Both the position numbers and the translations under genes were made by a program. DNA of 64,000 bases from a virus (lineage: Duplodnaviria > Caudoviricetes), in the IMG/VR virus record IMGVR_UViG_3300047553_000177, positions 4,686-68,685 of that record, one strand, 5' to 3'. The first letter of the stretch is position 1, and every line of letters starts with the position of its first letter. Shown piece by piece: positions 10,406 through 20,898 of the stretch. Under the pieces are notes generated by a model. It ran no database searches, was not told the DNA's origin, and worked only from the letters and a program-made list of their open reading frames with translations.

Positions 10406-13228
10406 TTACAAATTTAGTGAAACAAATGACTCGAACTCATTTATTTCTTCAACAGGAATGGTCATTTCGAGTAACCCTTTTGCTTTTAGATACAGCTGAA
10501 TCTCACGTTTCGTATCTTCCTCATCAAACTTATAACTAGAAATCTGAGTTAGGATATGTTGAGAAGTTTCTATGAAATCTTTATAGAAAGAATACACAGC
10601 CTCAAACCCTGGAATACGAATCTCAGCTCCTGGAATGTCTGCTAGCATGAACAAGCTACTTGCTGTATTAGCAATAGTCTCCTTATCATCAGGAGAAGTC
10701 TTGCATACATACTCTAAAGCATACATCTTATTCAGTCTTGTAAACACTTCATTAATTAATGGATGAGTGCTATTCTTTACTTTAATAGATATCTTGCCTG
10801 TAACTTCCATAATCTGATCATACATCTTACCAAACAAAGGATTGATAGACTGCAGATGATTAAAGAAATGCTTAAGATCACAAGTTTCAAGACGATGAGC
10901 AGCATAGTATATTCTAAGATAAGGACTACAAGTAATGTAGTCATTCTCAGTCACTGTGTAGAAAAACTCATCGATATGTCTGATATTTGCTACATTCTTC
11001 ACTTGTCTTACATTGGCTTCACTGAGCTTAATTAACTGTGGGGTTTTAAAGTCTCTATTGACTTTAGATCCCATAGTATATTCATACAGCTCTCCTTTAT
11101 TATTAGTAAATCTTGTAGGAGTACACATGTAGAAATGCATAGGATCCTGTCTACTATTAGAATAAGGAGGAGTATGAACACAGCCAGGATAAACCTCTGA
11201 AATACTTGGAGCAAATCTTTTCATTATCTCAGCAGCTAACTTAAGCTTCTCCCCATCTTCATCTGTACCATAGTAGATAAGAGTTTCAGTGGCTCTAAGT
11301 TCAGATAACTTTGGCTCTACCTTATCCCACACAGAATCATTCCAATGAATTCCTTGTCTTGAAGTAGACTCACGAACAGTATAACCTACAATCTGCTTGT
11401 TCAACTCACGAAGTTCAGCAGGAGTAAGTTTAATTGTTCCCCCACCTGTAGCAGCTAGAGTATCTTCCTCCTCTTTAAGACTAGCCTCAAAGTCATCAGG
11501 AACTATTACATCATCATAAACTCTGTAGCTTTCTGACTCTGATAGATACTTCTCAATTTCTAATTGGTTTCTCTTAATCTTCCCTAACTCAGCTTCATAC
11601 AATACTAAATCTTCTGGTCGTGTAGCAGGATCATCACACTTGTCCTCTAAATCTTGAGTGGATTTCTTTCTGATAGATATAAAAGAACCACCATTCTCTT
11701 TCATAAGATATGCATCTTTGAGTCTGGTAAATCCTTCCTTTCTAAAATACACCTTAGAGATGTCGAACTTTTCCCAAGTATCAACATCAGTAGTATTAGA
11801 TACTATCTTAAACTCTCCGTTCTCAAGCTTATTAGACAAAGTATGAAGTCTGACATTGAATCCTTCAAATACCTTCCCCATGTGCTCAAACTTAATTCGT
11901 TTGTTCACTGGGTATACCGGCTTTAAAGATTTCGTGTCAATGATTCTACTCATAGACTGTAGTACTTTACCATTAGCAGAATAATCATTGTCAAGTCTTC
12001 CTGAGAATACTACATTCTTACATGCAGCTACCCACTTCAAGAAATCTGTTTCATTCAGCTTCTCTTGCACAAGCTCTGTTGCCTCCTCACCTGCTTTAAT
12101 AATCAAGCTCTGAACAAACTGCTTAGTATGATCAGACCAGATTACTTTCTCACGGCTCGGAGTAACATCGACTCCCTCTTGAATAACTACTTCTTCCCCC
12201 TGTTCATTCTTGTACACTTGTCGTATAGGACACTTCAGACCAACTGCCCCATATAACTGCTCCATCTCCAACTCTCGGAAATCCACGTGACCATAGTTAA
12301 TACCAGTGGTTGCACCTTCTGCTTTAACAATGACAATGTGTGGACGTGCATAGTAGTTACTCTCAGTGATAATCAAATGCTTTGAGTTGTAGATAATACT
12401 AGGCTTGAAGTCAATCTCTCTTTCATACCCATTCTCTTCAACCACATAAAATCTAACATTACTCAAGTAAGTTAATTGCTCACTGACTGCATCTATGAAA
12501 CGATCTGCATTATGCTTCTTTACCCCAAATGAAATCTCAGTTCTGTTTAACTCTGTAGTTGGCTCGTAATAAACTTTAGTCCCATCAGAAAATGTGATGT
12601 ATGGATTCTCTTGGCCTGTACTAAGATTAAATCGTGGAATTAAGAAATCAGTCTTGTAATTAAAGCAGTTTGCTTTGAATCGTTTCCCTTGATAAATAGT
12701 TTCAATAGTGTAGAAGTCTACACCGGTAGATAATGCAACTTTAGCACCTAAACCGAAGGCACCAAAATTCTCTGAAGTATTACGTTTAGTTGAATAACCT
12801 AATTCTAGGATACCTTCTAAACGTCTACCCCCGATACCAACACCGTAGTCTTTAATTATGAACTGGTCACAATATCCAACCCCAGCATTGTGCTTGTAAT
12901 AAACGTCAACGTGGTGATTCTGTACATCAAAATGAGGAAGACTATAATAGTCTGGATCGAAGTTACTGTCTTCGTACTGCTCTCCTTCTCGGTTGATGTA
13001 ATAATCTTCCACGGTTTTCTGCCCAGTCAATATCTCTATTGCAATTTCCTTCTCTCGTTGAGAATCGCAGGCATTTGTTACCAGCTCTCTGACGGTTGAA
13101 GGGATTGGAGTAGAATACTGTGTGGCTTGTAATATGTCAAACACTAACTTCTCTGCACCACGATTGATTCGTTTAGCAACACCAGTGTCTGATCCGACAA
13201 ACTCGTTGTCAATCTGTTTGATACTCAT
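10406..13228 (-). CDS. rIIA-like protein with N-terminal GHKL ATPase domain
   Basis: YSTPIPSTVRELVTNACDS, DYGVG, STKR, GAFGLGAK and VTPSRE motifs. Confidence 0.85.
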   Translation of the reverse strand: MSIKQIDNEFVGSDTGVAKRINRGAEKLVFDILQATQYSTPIPSTVRELVTNACDSQREKEIAIEILTGQKTVEDYYINREGEQYEDSNFDPDYYSLPHFDVQNHHVDVYYKHNAGVGYCDQFIIKDYGVGIGGRRLEGILELGYSTKRNTSENFGAFGLGAKVALSTGVDFYTIETIYQGKRFKANCFNYKTDFLIPRFNLSTGQENPYITFSDGTKVYYEPTTELNRTEISFGVKKHNADRFIDAVSEQLTYLSNVRFYVVEENGYEREIDFKPSIIYNSKHLIITESNYYARPHIVIVKAEGATTGINYGHVDFRELEMEQLYGAVGLKCPIRQVYKNEQGEEVVIQEGVDVTPSREKVIWSDHTKQFVQSLIIKAGEEATELVQEKLNETDFLKWVAACKNVVFSGRLDNDYSANGKVLQSMSRIIDTKSLKPVYPVNKRIKFEHMGKVFEGFNVRLHTLSNKLENGEFKIVSNTTDVDTWEKFDISKVYFRKEGFTRLKDAYLMKENGGSFISIRKKSTQDLEDKCDDPATRPEDLVLYEAELGKIKRNQLEIEKYLSESESYRVYDDVIVPDDFEASLKEEEDTLAATGGGTIKLTPAELRELNKQIVGYTVRESTSRQGIHWNDSVWDKVEPKLSELRATETLIYYGTDEDGEKLKLAAEIMKRFAPSISEVYPGCVHTPPYSNSRQDPMHFYMCTPTRFTNNKGELYEYTMGSKVNRDFKTPQLIKLSEANVRQVKNVANIRHIDEFFYTVTENDYITCSPYLRIYYAAHRLETCDLKHFFNHLQSINPLFGKMYDQIMEVTGKISIKVKNSTHPLINEVFTRLNKMYALEYVCKTSPDDKETIANTASSLFMLADIPGAEIRIPGFEAVYSFYKDFIETSQHILTQISSYKFDEEDTKREIQLYLKAKGLLEMTIPVEEINEFESFVSLNL

Positions 13229-13590
13229 AATAAGTTTCTAGCTTTTTTGTAATCGTGTTGAATCTCTAATAACATCTTAGTACACATTTCTCTTGGGATA
13301 GGTATAATCCTCTTATTTGCATGAGTGTTAGTAAAATCTCTTGCTCCTGCTTCTGGATTATTAACCTTTTTATTTAACCAACTCTTATTACCATCAGGAT
13401 ATACTTTGTTGTAATCATCTAAACGATTCCACCAGCTGCATAGGTGTAAATAATAAATCTTATCATCACTAACAGCTGTATCGTAAATAGCAATATCAAT
13501 TCTATTCCCAATAGCAATGAAGATTAAATCTCCCTTCTGAAATGTATGTGGCTTAAGATATTTAGAGTCTTCATTAATTGTAAGACTCAT
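13225..13590 (-). CDS. hypothetical protein
   Basis: 121 aa. ATGA overlap with the rIIA start. Confidence 0.6.
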   Translation of the reverse strand: MSLTINEDSKYLKPHTFQKGDLIFIAIGNRIDIAIYDTAVSDDKIYYLHLCSWWNRLDDYNKVYPDGNKSWLNKKVNNPEAGARDFTNTHANKRIIPIPREMCTKMLLEIQHDYKKARNLL

Positions 13591-13601
13591 AATCTTTTAA
13601 T

Positions 13602-14093
13602 TTAAAGCTCTGAGATGAGCTTAATTACTTCTATAATTTGTTTTTGATTTTTGGGGACAAAGAGTGGACAAGGTGTACCGTCTTCTATAAGTTTTCTCTT
13701 GAAGTTTTTCCAAGTATTAGGGAAACGGTCATTAGCAAAACCTTTGCACTCTATAACCCATACAGGTTTACCATCTTTCATGCAGACAAAGTCTGGAGTG
13801 TAGGTAATGGCTCTAACCTTATCCTTACTCCTGTCCTCAAAAACTCCTGTAGACCTATTCTCAAAAGACATAGCAGGGTAGTTAAACCCTTCCATCAAAT
13901 TCCAAACATGTTCTTCATATTCAAAATCTAACTTGGCTTCTTTCAGCTTCTTATAGCAAAATACTTCTAGCATCGATTTGAATTTAATCCCATCGACTTC
14001 TTTAGATCTAGATTTTATTTTGCCTTTATTTAATCCTGAGGTTTTACCTTTTCGTAGAACTCTGGATCGAGGAGCTGGATTTCTTTTAGCCAT
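13602..14093 (-). CDS. PD-(D/E)xK endonuclease (T7 endonuclease I / DUF1064-like, putative resolvase)
   Basis: FKSMLE, YTPDF and IECKG motifs. Confidence 0.8.
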   Translation of the reverse strand: MAKRNPAPRSRVLRKGKTSGLNKGKIKSRSKEVDGIKFKSMLEVFCYKKLKEAKLDFEYEEHVWNLMEGFNYPAMSFENRSTGVFEDRSKDKVRAITYTPDFVCMKDGKPVWVIECKGFANDRFPNTWKNFKRKLIEDGTPCPLFVPKNQKQIIEVIKLISEL

Positions 14094-14239
14094 TGTTTTT
14101 CTGTTTGCTTTGCCGTAACTGTGTTTTGCACGTCAAAGTTAGTAGAAGTTCCGAGATTAGAAAATAAAGTTGCACATTTTTGTAGAATTTGATCTATTCT
14201 ATCTCTAACTGCAGGGTCTGTATAGTATGGTGAGTTCAT
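14030..14239 (-). CDS. hypothetical protein
   Basis: 69 aa. ATGA-coupled to the primase stop. Confidence 0.55.
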   Translation of the reverse strand: MNSPYYTDPAVRDRIDQILQKCATLFSNLGTSTNFDVQNTVTAKQTEKQWLKEIQLLDPEFYEKVKPQD

Positions 14240-15219
14240 GGTAATTGTATTTTAACTATCATATAAGCTATATCTTGTCCATTATTTTTAATGAAGTCCG
14301 ATATATCTTTAGATTTATAGTGAGCTGGCAAAATTACATTAATAAGATTAAACTCTGAACAAATTTTATTAGCCATCATTTGGCCTGGATTATTTTCTTT
14401 TTCATAATCATTATCATATAATACAGCTACAGTTTTAAATCTTTCCTTTAGATTATCTATCAGTGTCTTACTGGGCATCTGCATCTCACTCTGTAAAGCT
14501 ATTGCTTGATACCCCAATACATTAAGACACATAACATCTTTGAGAGATGAAGCAAGTATAACTAACTCTCCTTTATCCACCAACTGATCCCATCCTTGTA
14601 TATCTTCTTTAGTTGTGTTACTAAACCACTTACCATCAATTTCATATGGTCTGTAGATTTTATAACGACCACCCAAATTATATACATAACTAGGAGTGTG
14701 ACATGTATAACGTGCTTCATTTATCCAAAAGTAATCTATAGGTTGAACATTAAATTTAATTAACAGTGAACGAGGGATGTTAAATTGAGACCAGAAATTT
14801 TTATCTTCTTGATTCCACTCTCTTGCTCTCTTCTGAATTTTAACTGGCCTCTTCTCAACATAAACAGGATCTCCATAAGTAAGCTCAATAGCAACTTTGT
14901 TAACCACCCCACGTTGCAATCCCAACCCAAAGTCAGTATCTATTACTTTAAGAGCTTCTGAATATGTCAAGCCATATTTTCTTTGAATGTATGAGAAACA
15001 ATCATGACTCTCCCCACTACCAAAGTCCTTATACAACAACTTATTATTCCAATACACAATAGAACAGGTAGGATTATTGTCTAATCTTAACTCACTGCAG
15101 AATTTCTCATTCAAGTTCTTGAAATTATGGCAATAGTATCTGAATATATCATACTCAGAGATTTGACATAAGATAGCATCCTTATGCAAATATGCTTCAC
15201 TACTTCTCGACTCAATCAT
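14236..15219 (-). CDS. DNA primase (crAss-type DnaG/TOPRIM)
   Basis: SELRLDNNPTC..YKDFG N-terminal domain, SSLKDVM, YDND and KDISD TOPRIM-like motifs. Confidence 0.85.
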   Translation of the reverse strand: MIESRSSEAYLHKDAILCQISEYDIFRYYCHNFKNLNEKFCSELRLDNNPTCSIVYWNNKLLYKDFGSGESHDCFSYIQRKYGLTYSEALKVIDTDFGLGLQRGVVNKVAIELTYGDPVYVEKRPVKIQKRAREWNQEDKNFWSQFNIPRSLLIKFNVQPIDYFWINEARYTCHTPSYVYNLGGRYKIYRPYEIDGKWFSNTTKEDIQGWDQLVDKGELVILASSLKDVMCLNVLGYQAIALQSEMQMPSKTLIDNLKERFKTVAVLYDNDYEKENNPGQMMANKICSEFNLINVILPAHYKSKDISDFIKNNGQDIAYMIVKIQLP

Positions 15220-15231
15220 AAAGCTGCTAAT

Positions 15232-15261
15232 TTAAAAACAAAAGGGGGAATAAATCCCCCT
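15232..15261 (-). terminator. intrinsic terminator after the SSB gene
   Basis: AGGGGGA-ATAAA-TCCCCCT hairpin followed by a T-rich run on the - strand. Confidence 0.65.
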
Positions 15262-15282
15262 AATTGTTTTTTGGTTGTTGGT

Positions 15283-16053
15283 TTATGCATCCCAATCATC
15301 ACCTGCATCTACTGCAACTGCTTGATTCTCAGTTGCTTTGTCAGCTGTGATTAAGCCTGGACTATAAATCCCTAATTTCAAATCTTTTGAATACTCAGCA
15401 TTGAAAGAGCCATAGTCTTCATTTAAAGCTTTGATAAACAAATCATCTCTCATCGGCTTTAATCTTCCGAAGTGACGGTTATAAACTGTCTGATACTTCT
15501 CATCTTTAACACCGATAAGTACACGTAACTTGTTGTCAGCTAAGACTTTAACATACTCTTTTAGCTCTTTAACATCACCTTTAGCAATAGCATCGATGGT
15601 ATCAAATGATACTTCTCCACCATTAGCTACGTTAGCCCAAGCTTTAGTGAAGTTAATAAGAGTATCCTCACCAACATAAGCCTTACGAGTCTTGTCTGCA
15701 TTCTTCCACCAATCGTAAGCTGGAACGTCTGCACTCCAAGTCATTTGACCTATGTTATTTACCCACATAAACTTCTCCCCAGATTGAGATGCACGATGCT
15801 TTGGTTGCATAAGAATCTCAAATCTAACTGTGAAGTTAGGGGACTCATGACGAAGATAAAATACAATCTTATTGTACTCTTCGTTATTGATTTCTACATT
15901 ATACTCAGGATCTTTCTGAGCATTGATTCCAATAGCTTGCAACTCTGTTAATGTAGGATTAACTGCTACTACATTAACTGGTGCAATACCTGTGTACAAG
16001 GTGATACCACCACCTGCTACTACTTCTTCTGAATTGTTTGACGCAATTGCCAT
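15283..16053 (-). CDS. putative single-stranded DNA-binding protein
   Basis: Position in the replication module, and an acidic/aromatic C-terminal tail (AGDDWDA). Confidence 0.55.
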   Translation of the reverse strand: MAIASNNSEEVVAGGGITLYTGIAPVNVVAVNPTLTELQAIGINAQKDPEYNVEINNEEYNKIVFYLRHESPNFTVRFEILMQPKHRASQSGEKFMWVNNIGQMTWSADVPAYDWWKNADKTRKAYVGEDTLINFTKAWANVANGGEVSFDTIDAIAKGDVKELKEYVKVLADNKLRVLIGVKDEKYQTVYNRHFGRLKPMRDDLFIKALNEDYGSFNAEYSKDLKLGIYSPGLITADKATENQAVAVDAGDDWDA

Positions 16054-16142
16054 TTTTATTTTGATTTTAAAATTTAATAAAACATTTTGTAAATAGGGTC
16101 AGCATCTTCTCTCATTAAGAATCTGCTTTCCCACTCTGCTAT

Positions 16143-16454
16143 TCATACACCTTCAGCATCTAATATAGACATCTGATTAGGATCTACTACGGCTGAAGTT
16201 GGAACTATAGTATCATCAACTAGAGTGAATCTAACTTGAATCTTCTTACGAGCACGTAATCCTACAAGTTTAGGATGCTTAAAGATTTCAGTTACTTCAG
16301 CTTTAGTTAAGCCATACTTAGTTGCAATACCATCACGATCGATACCGTCGTTTAAGTCGTTGATGATTCCAGTAACAGTTAATACAACTTTACCAGTATT
16401 TTCAGTAGTTGATTCTACTGTTGGTGAATTTTGAACATTTGCCTCTATAGACAT
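16143..16454 (-). CDS. small putative HTH DNA-binding protein
   Basis: GIDRDGIATKYGLTKAEVTEIF resembles a helix-turn-helix. Confidence 0.5.
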   Translation of the reverse strand: MSIEANVQNSPTVESTTENTGKVVLTVTGIINDLNDGIDRDGIATKYGLTKAEVTEIFKHPKLVGLRARKKIQVRFTLVDDTIVPTSAVVDPNQMSILDAEGV

Positions 16455-16474
16455 TTTCTTTAATTTTTAAGGGG

Positions 16475-17206
16475 TTAATCAATATAAATTTTACTCCAGT
16501 CAAGTTCCATCTCTTGACCTTTTAGATGTTCACAACGTGAACCTGCATTGATATCATCGTTAGAATTAAACGAGATCATGGTCTTTCCTTCTTGTCTATA
16601 CACATACCCAATGGCATCTGAATTAGCACAAGCAATGTTACGGATCTTACCAGTCAAGTCTAAATCTTTAGCTGATACCTCTTTACCTTTCTTCTCGATC
16701 TGCTTATCTTTTAAGTGACCGATGTAGATAATGTGATCAGATAACTGCTCTAGTCTATCCATCCACTTCTTGATAGCCATTCGTAAATACAAATAGCCTG
16801 CACCTTGTGGAAGAGAAAGTACTGATAATCCTTTGTTATCAGGATCGAAGTTCTTCCCCATCGGAGTTTGACGATAAAGTTCTTTTGCATCTGATTCTGC
16901 CCAGACTTCTAGCTGTGTCAAAGTATCGATAGCAATATATTTGTAAGGCTTTCCATCTTTCATAATTGCTTTACCGATTTGACTTAACTCACTCAAGTTA
17001 TTGGCTTTAACTTTAAGAGCTTCAACCATATCCGACCCTTGCTCTAGGTCTATGATTAAGCATCCGTCGAGTTTAGCTAGTGCTGTTGTTTTACCAATCT
17101 TTGGTGGTCCGTAGATAATCATATGTCTCGGACTCTTACGAAGGGCAGCGACCTTCTCTGTTGGCAGTACTAGTTCCATTACCTTTGGATAAATCTTTGG
17201 TTCCAC
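16475..17206 (-). CDS. AAA_24 / Sak4-like P-loop ATPase
   Basis: GPPKIGKT Walker A, IDLEQG, IAIDTLT Walker B. True start is probably MELVLP at 17179. Confidence 0.8.
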   Translation of the reverse strand: MEPKIYPKVMELVLPTEKVAALRKSPRHMIIYGPPKIGKTTALAKLDGCLIIDLEQGSDMVEALKVKANNLSELSQIGKAIMKDGKPYKYIAIDTLTQLEVWAESDAKELYRQTPMGKNFDPDNKGLSVLSLPQGAGYLYLRMAIKKWMDRLEQLSDHIIYIGHLKDKQIEKKGKEVSAKDLDLTGKIRNIACANSDAIGYVYRQEGKTMISFNSNDDINAGSRCEHLKGQEMELDWSKIYID

Positions 17207-17448
17207 TTTTTGTAACTAGCCACAGGATCTTTGAAGTGAACATTAACTTGTTCTAAAGCTTCTTCTACAGTTGAAAATGCAATTCTTTTACATCCAACTC
17301 TTACTACAGCTCCACAATCTAATACTTCAATACATACTTCATTAGATCTTAGAATTTCTCCTGCACTTGGTAGATATTCTTTTACTCCATTAGTTTCATG
17401 ATAACCAACTTCTCTTTCAGGCATTGGCATTGTTGCTTCTTCGTTCAT
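17179..17448 (-). CDS. hypothetical protein
   Basis: 89-aa ORF containing VVRVGCKRIAF. Confidence 0.6.
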   Translation of the reverse strand: MNEEATMPMPEREVGYHETNGVKEYLPSAGEILRSNEVCIEVLDCGAVVRVGCKRIAFSTVEEALEQVNVHFKDPVASYKKWNQRFIQR

Positions 17449-17473
17449 AACGTTTAATTGTTAAATTATTAAT

Positions 17474-18451
17474 TTACTTTTTCACTCTTTCAGTCAACGT
17501 AAATGTTGACAAATCAGCTTCGTAGGGAATCATACCCAATTGACCATCACGATTCTTCTCTATGTGGCAGGCTAAGAGACCTTCAGGGTCTTCCCCACAA
17601 TAACTATCGGTTATTCCGTATAAGTCGAATGGTCTTTGTAGCATCATCACTACGTGAGCATCCTGCCCAATAGAATCACCACCGAATAGGTCTGTAAGCT
17701 GTGGTTGATACTGTTGTTTGGCACGATACTCTTGCTCGATATTCCTGTTTAGCTGAGATAATAAGATAGTGATACTACCCATTCTAGCTTGTAACCACAT
17801 ACATGTCTTCGATACTTGATTTAGTTTCTGAAGCTCTGTGTCTTCTGTCCCTAAAATTAATCTCGAATGGTCGTAAAGATTAATGATTGTATGCTCAGGA
17901 AATTTAGTATTAACCCTGTCATTTATCTGTTTAATCTTCACCATGTTCTGTGGTATAGAGCAGAAGTAAATAGGATACTTCTTATACTTCTCAACTGCAT
18001 TTTCATACTTCGTAATCCTATCATCAGTTAGATTAGAATCTATGCTGTACATTTCTGAGAATGTCATACCAGCATCATGAGAAGCAGATCTCATAATTTG
18101 CTGATAATCAGGCATCTCGAAAGTCCAGTATAAAACTAGAAGTTTTTTGTCATGATTCTTATCCAACACATCAAAGATTAGTTGGTTTGAAAATGCAGAT
18201 TTGCCTACACCAGGACGACCGGCAATAACATACATCTTTCCAGGCTGTAAACCACCTAGCAAATTCTTATTCAACCTATCCCATTTAGTCGGGAAGACAA
18301 TTCTCTGACCAGATTTAGCCAGCTTAATTTCTTCTATCGACTTGTTTACTGAGAGAGAGATGTGTCTGAATTCTTTGAATGTTTCATCAAAGTTGCCTTG
18401 TGATTCTACTTTCTGAGCCTGTTGATTTAGGTTCTGTTGAATTTCCATCAC
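17474..18451 (-). CDS. dnaB: replicative DnaB-like helicase (motor domain only)
   Basis: GRPGVGKS, FEM, LSQLNR, IGQDAHVV and IEKNRDG motifs. Lacks the N-terminal primase-binding domain. Confidence 0.88.
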   Translation of the reverse strand: MMEIQQNLNQQAQKVESQGNFDETFKEFRHISLSVNKSIEEIKLAKSGQRIVFPTKWDRLNKNLLGGLQPGKMYVIAGRPGVGKSAFSNQLIFDVLDKNHDKKLLVLYWTFEMPDYQQIMRSASHDAGMTFSEMYSIDSNLTDDRITKYENAVEKYKKYPIYFCSIPQNMVKIKQINDRVNTKFPEHTIINLYDHSRLILGTEDTELQKLNQVSKTCMWLQARMGSITILLSQLNRNIEQEYRAKQQYQPQLTDLFGGDSIGQDAHVVMMLQRPFDLYGITDSYCGEDPEGLLACHIEKNRDGQLGMIPYEADLSTFTLTERVKK

Positions 18452-18947
18452 TTAAGTCACTATACTTTTCCCACGTGTGATTATTAATCCATGTTTCAAG
18501 CTGTTGCATATACCCTAACCCATTCCCTGACCGTCGTAATTGGAGCTCTCTTTGTAGGCACTCTATAACGTGCTCATGTTTTTTAGCATCATCTCCTACG
18601 TACTTTAGATAACGTGTCTTGGCTTTAGCATTGGCTTTACAATCTGGATCCTTTGCTCTTAATACCCTTACTTGTCCATTAGCCATAACTTTGATAGGGT
18701 AGTGAGAGAGGAGGCCACTCCATATGGAGCTTTCGGACTTACGAAATTCGTCGTTAAATTTTTCTCGTAAGTAACATTCATCCTCCTCTCCCAACTTAAC
18801 CCAACCGTTGGTTTGCAATTTCTCACGGTCAATGTTTAACTTTAAATCAGAATCAAGGGCATTACGATTAAGCATAGTCAAGAAAACAAACTCATCAGCT
18901 GTAAGACCATAATTAGAAAGGTCCTCAGTATTGATTTCAATAATCAT
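18387..18947 (-). CDS. putative replication initiator / helicase loader
   Basis: Directly upstream of dnaB. C-terminal YMQQLETWINNHTWE resembles phage replisome-organizer tails. Confidence 0.5.
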   Translation of the reverse strand: MIIEINTEDLSNYGLTADEFVFLTMLNRNALDSDLKLNIDREKLQTNGWVKLGEEDECYLREKFNDEFRKSESSIWSGLLSHYPIKVMANGQVRVLRAKDPDCKANAKAKTRYLKYVGDDAKKHEHVIECLQRELQLRRSGNGLGYMQQLETWINNHTWEKYSDLSDGNSTEPKSTGSESRITRQL

Positions 18948-18983
18948 AAAAGTTTTTGTTATACTTTCTATAAGTAATCGTAT

Positions 18984-20180
18984 TCAAATATACGAAGAAA
19001 TATCATCCAACCAAACAACATTAGATAAATTTTTCACTGAACTTTCCAACCACTTTTCTTCCTGTGAATCTTTAACGTAGAGAATAACAACTTCCCCTAC
19101 CTTATTCTCACTAAGTCGAAGTAATCTACCCACTCTCTGAATCATTGCAAGGGTCTTACTATCCAAGCCACAGATGATCCCAAGTTGTGCATCGGGAACA
19201 TCAAAGCCTTGGTTCAAAGCCTTGGTAGAACAGAGAATCCTACACTCGTTAGTTTTAAAATCTTCTAATGCTTTAGTCTTCTCTTTCTTCCCTATTCCTG
19301 AATGAAATCGTCTAGCTTCACCATCTTCGTTTAGAATCTGATGCATTTGATTTGTAAATTCATTTGTGCCTGCAAACGTTAATATCTTCTTATCAGATTT
19401 AATCTTAGCAATTCTCTGAGTATAAAGAATTTTGTTATAAGCATGTTGAACTACATCTTTACGATCTCTAATTGCTTTATAGAATAGAGTAGCATTCTTC
19501 TTTTGTACAGGACTAGCTGTTGGATCCCTGAGAACTCTTCCAGCTTCGTTAAATGCATCATACATCCCAAGTTGATACTTGTAGTGAACAAACATATTGT
19601 TAGCTGCTTTATAGGCAGTTCTCTCCTCGTCTGTTAAATCAACTGGTATGCAGTACACTGTGTAAGGGGCCACTAATCCTTTCTGTACACATTCATCTAG
19701 ACTGATGGTATAAACCGTTGGGGCTATCTCATCCAGTAATTCTTTGTACTCCTCTTCTTCTGGAGCAGTAGCAGTCATACAAAGAAGTCTGTTGTGGTTA
19801 TTCTGCAAGAAGACTTCTCGATAGATTGGGGACAAGCCAAGATGAACTTCATCTGCTACTGTAACAGTGTAAGTTTTATCTCGAAGTTTATGAGCTGATG
19901 CATAACATAGAATATCTACACTATCTAATACATCTTCATAACCCCACTTCTTAAATTCTTCTTCGAATTGGTCTTGCAATTGATTAGTAGGGACTAAGAC
20001 CAAGCCTCTACCTCCATGTTTACGAATCATAGCTCCACAGGCAATAACACCAACACGACTCTTCCCGAATCCTGTACCAGCTATAACTGAACCTACGAAG
20101 TCTGCCTCCTTCCAAGCAGTGAGAGCTTTCTTCTGCTCTTGATCTTTAATTTGTAAGAGATTGGGAACTTTCTGCATCAT
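18984..20180 (-). CDS. superfamily 2 helicase (UvsW/XPB-like)
   Basis: GTGFGKS, DEVH, MTAT, GFDVP and QRVGRLLR motifs. Confidence 0.9.
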   Translation of the reverse strand: MMQKVPNLLQIKDQEQKKALTAWKEADFVGSVIAGTGFGKSRVGVIACGAMIRKHGGRGLVLVPTNQLQDQFEEEFKKWGYEDVLDSVDILCYASAHKLRDKTYTVTVADEVHLGLSPIYREVFLQNNHNRLLCMTATAPEEEEYKELLDEIAPTVYTISLDECVQKGLVAPYTVYCIPVDLTDEERTAYKAANNMFVHYKYQLGMYDAFNEAGRVLRDPTASPVQKKNATLFYKAIRDRKDVVQHAYNKILYTQRIAKIKSDKKILTFAGTNEFTNQMHQILNEDGEARRFHSGIGKKEKTKALEDFKTNECRILCSTKALNQGFDVPDAQLGIICGLDSKTLAMIQRVGRLLRLSENKVGEVVILYVKDSQEEKWLESSVKNLSNVVWLDDISSYI

Positions 20181-20715
20181 CAGAAGATTTAGTATTAGTT
20201 AGTATTACCCCAAGCATTTCATTCAGATTCTCCATCTCTTCATTCAACTTAATTATCTTTTCCGTTATTTCATCAATGGTAGTAGATTGAACAGATGGGA
20301 AAAAGTTAGCTCTTGCATAAAGACTAGAAGCTCTCTGAAAGTAATCACGATAAGTTGGATCTGAATACATTAGATCTTCATGTAGATTAAACATGTGGTA
20401 CACAGTAGCTCTATCACGATTGATATACTCTGCTATTGCACCTTCTCTAAAGTTTGTGTGAATAGAAATTAAATTAACAACTAAACATCTTCTAATTACA
20501 TAATCCCTATCTCTAGATTGTGAAGTAAATTCTTCTCTTGGTATATGAAATAGATGTTCAACTATCTTGATCATCATCTCGGCAATATCGAGAGGGTTTC
20601 TGGACTTCTGTAAGTTTATTGATGAATCCCGTGAAGATTCTATCAAACGTATCAGCTCCATCTTTTTCTTCTTTGAGAAGGCTGGCTTTACTGTTTTTTG
20701 AATTTTGTTTATCAT
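20146..20715 (-). CDS. DnaA domain IV (C-terminal DNA-binding HTH)-like protein
   Basis: SQSRDRDYVIRR...IAEYINRDRATVYH parallels DnaA S.SR.R..V..RQ...IG..FG.RDHTTV.H. Followed by a coiled coil. Confidence 0.65.
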   Translation of the reverse strand: MINKIQKTVKPAFSKKKKMELIRLIESSRDSSINLQKSRNPLDIAEMMIKIVEHLFHIPREEFTSQSRDRDYVIRRCLVVNLISIHTNFREGAIAEYINRDRATVYHMFNLHEDLMYSDPTYRDYFQRASSLYARANFFPSVQSTTIDEITEKIIKLNEEMENLNEMLGVILTNTKSSDDAESSQSLTN

Positions 20716-20894
20716 TCGTCATTTGATTTAATTTTAATCTTTTCGTTTGGTAAATAGTAACTACATTCTTTTTTCTCTTCATCCCAAGGAACTGTTGTAA
20801 AGTATGCTTGGTAATATGGATTAGCCTCAGCTGTATGTCTATAGCAGTTAAAAGCAAGGGGGCAATTATCCCCCTCACACATAGATATGTCCAT
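20712..20894 (-). CDS. small Cys-containing hypothetical protein
   Basis: MDISMCEGDNCPLAFNCYR...CSYY, possibly metal binding. Confidence 0.65.
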   Translation of the reverse strand: MDISMCEGDNCPLAFNCYRHTAEANPYYQAYFTTVPWDEEKKECSYYLPNEKIKIKSNDE

Positions 20895-20898
20895 AAAA

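Noticed and set aside
20857-20875. AGGGGG-N7-CCCCCT hairpin as a terminator
   Set aside because: It lies inside a coding sequence and has only a short interrupted T-run, so support is insufficient.
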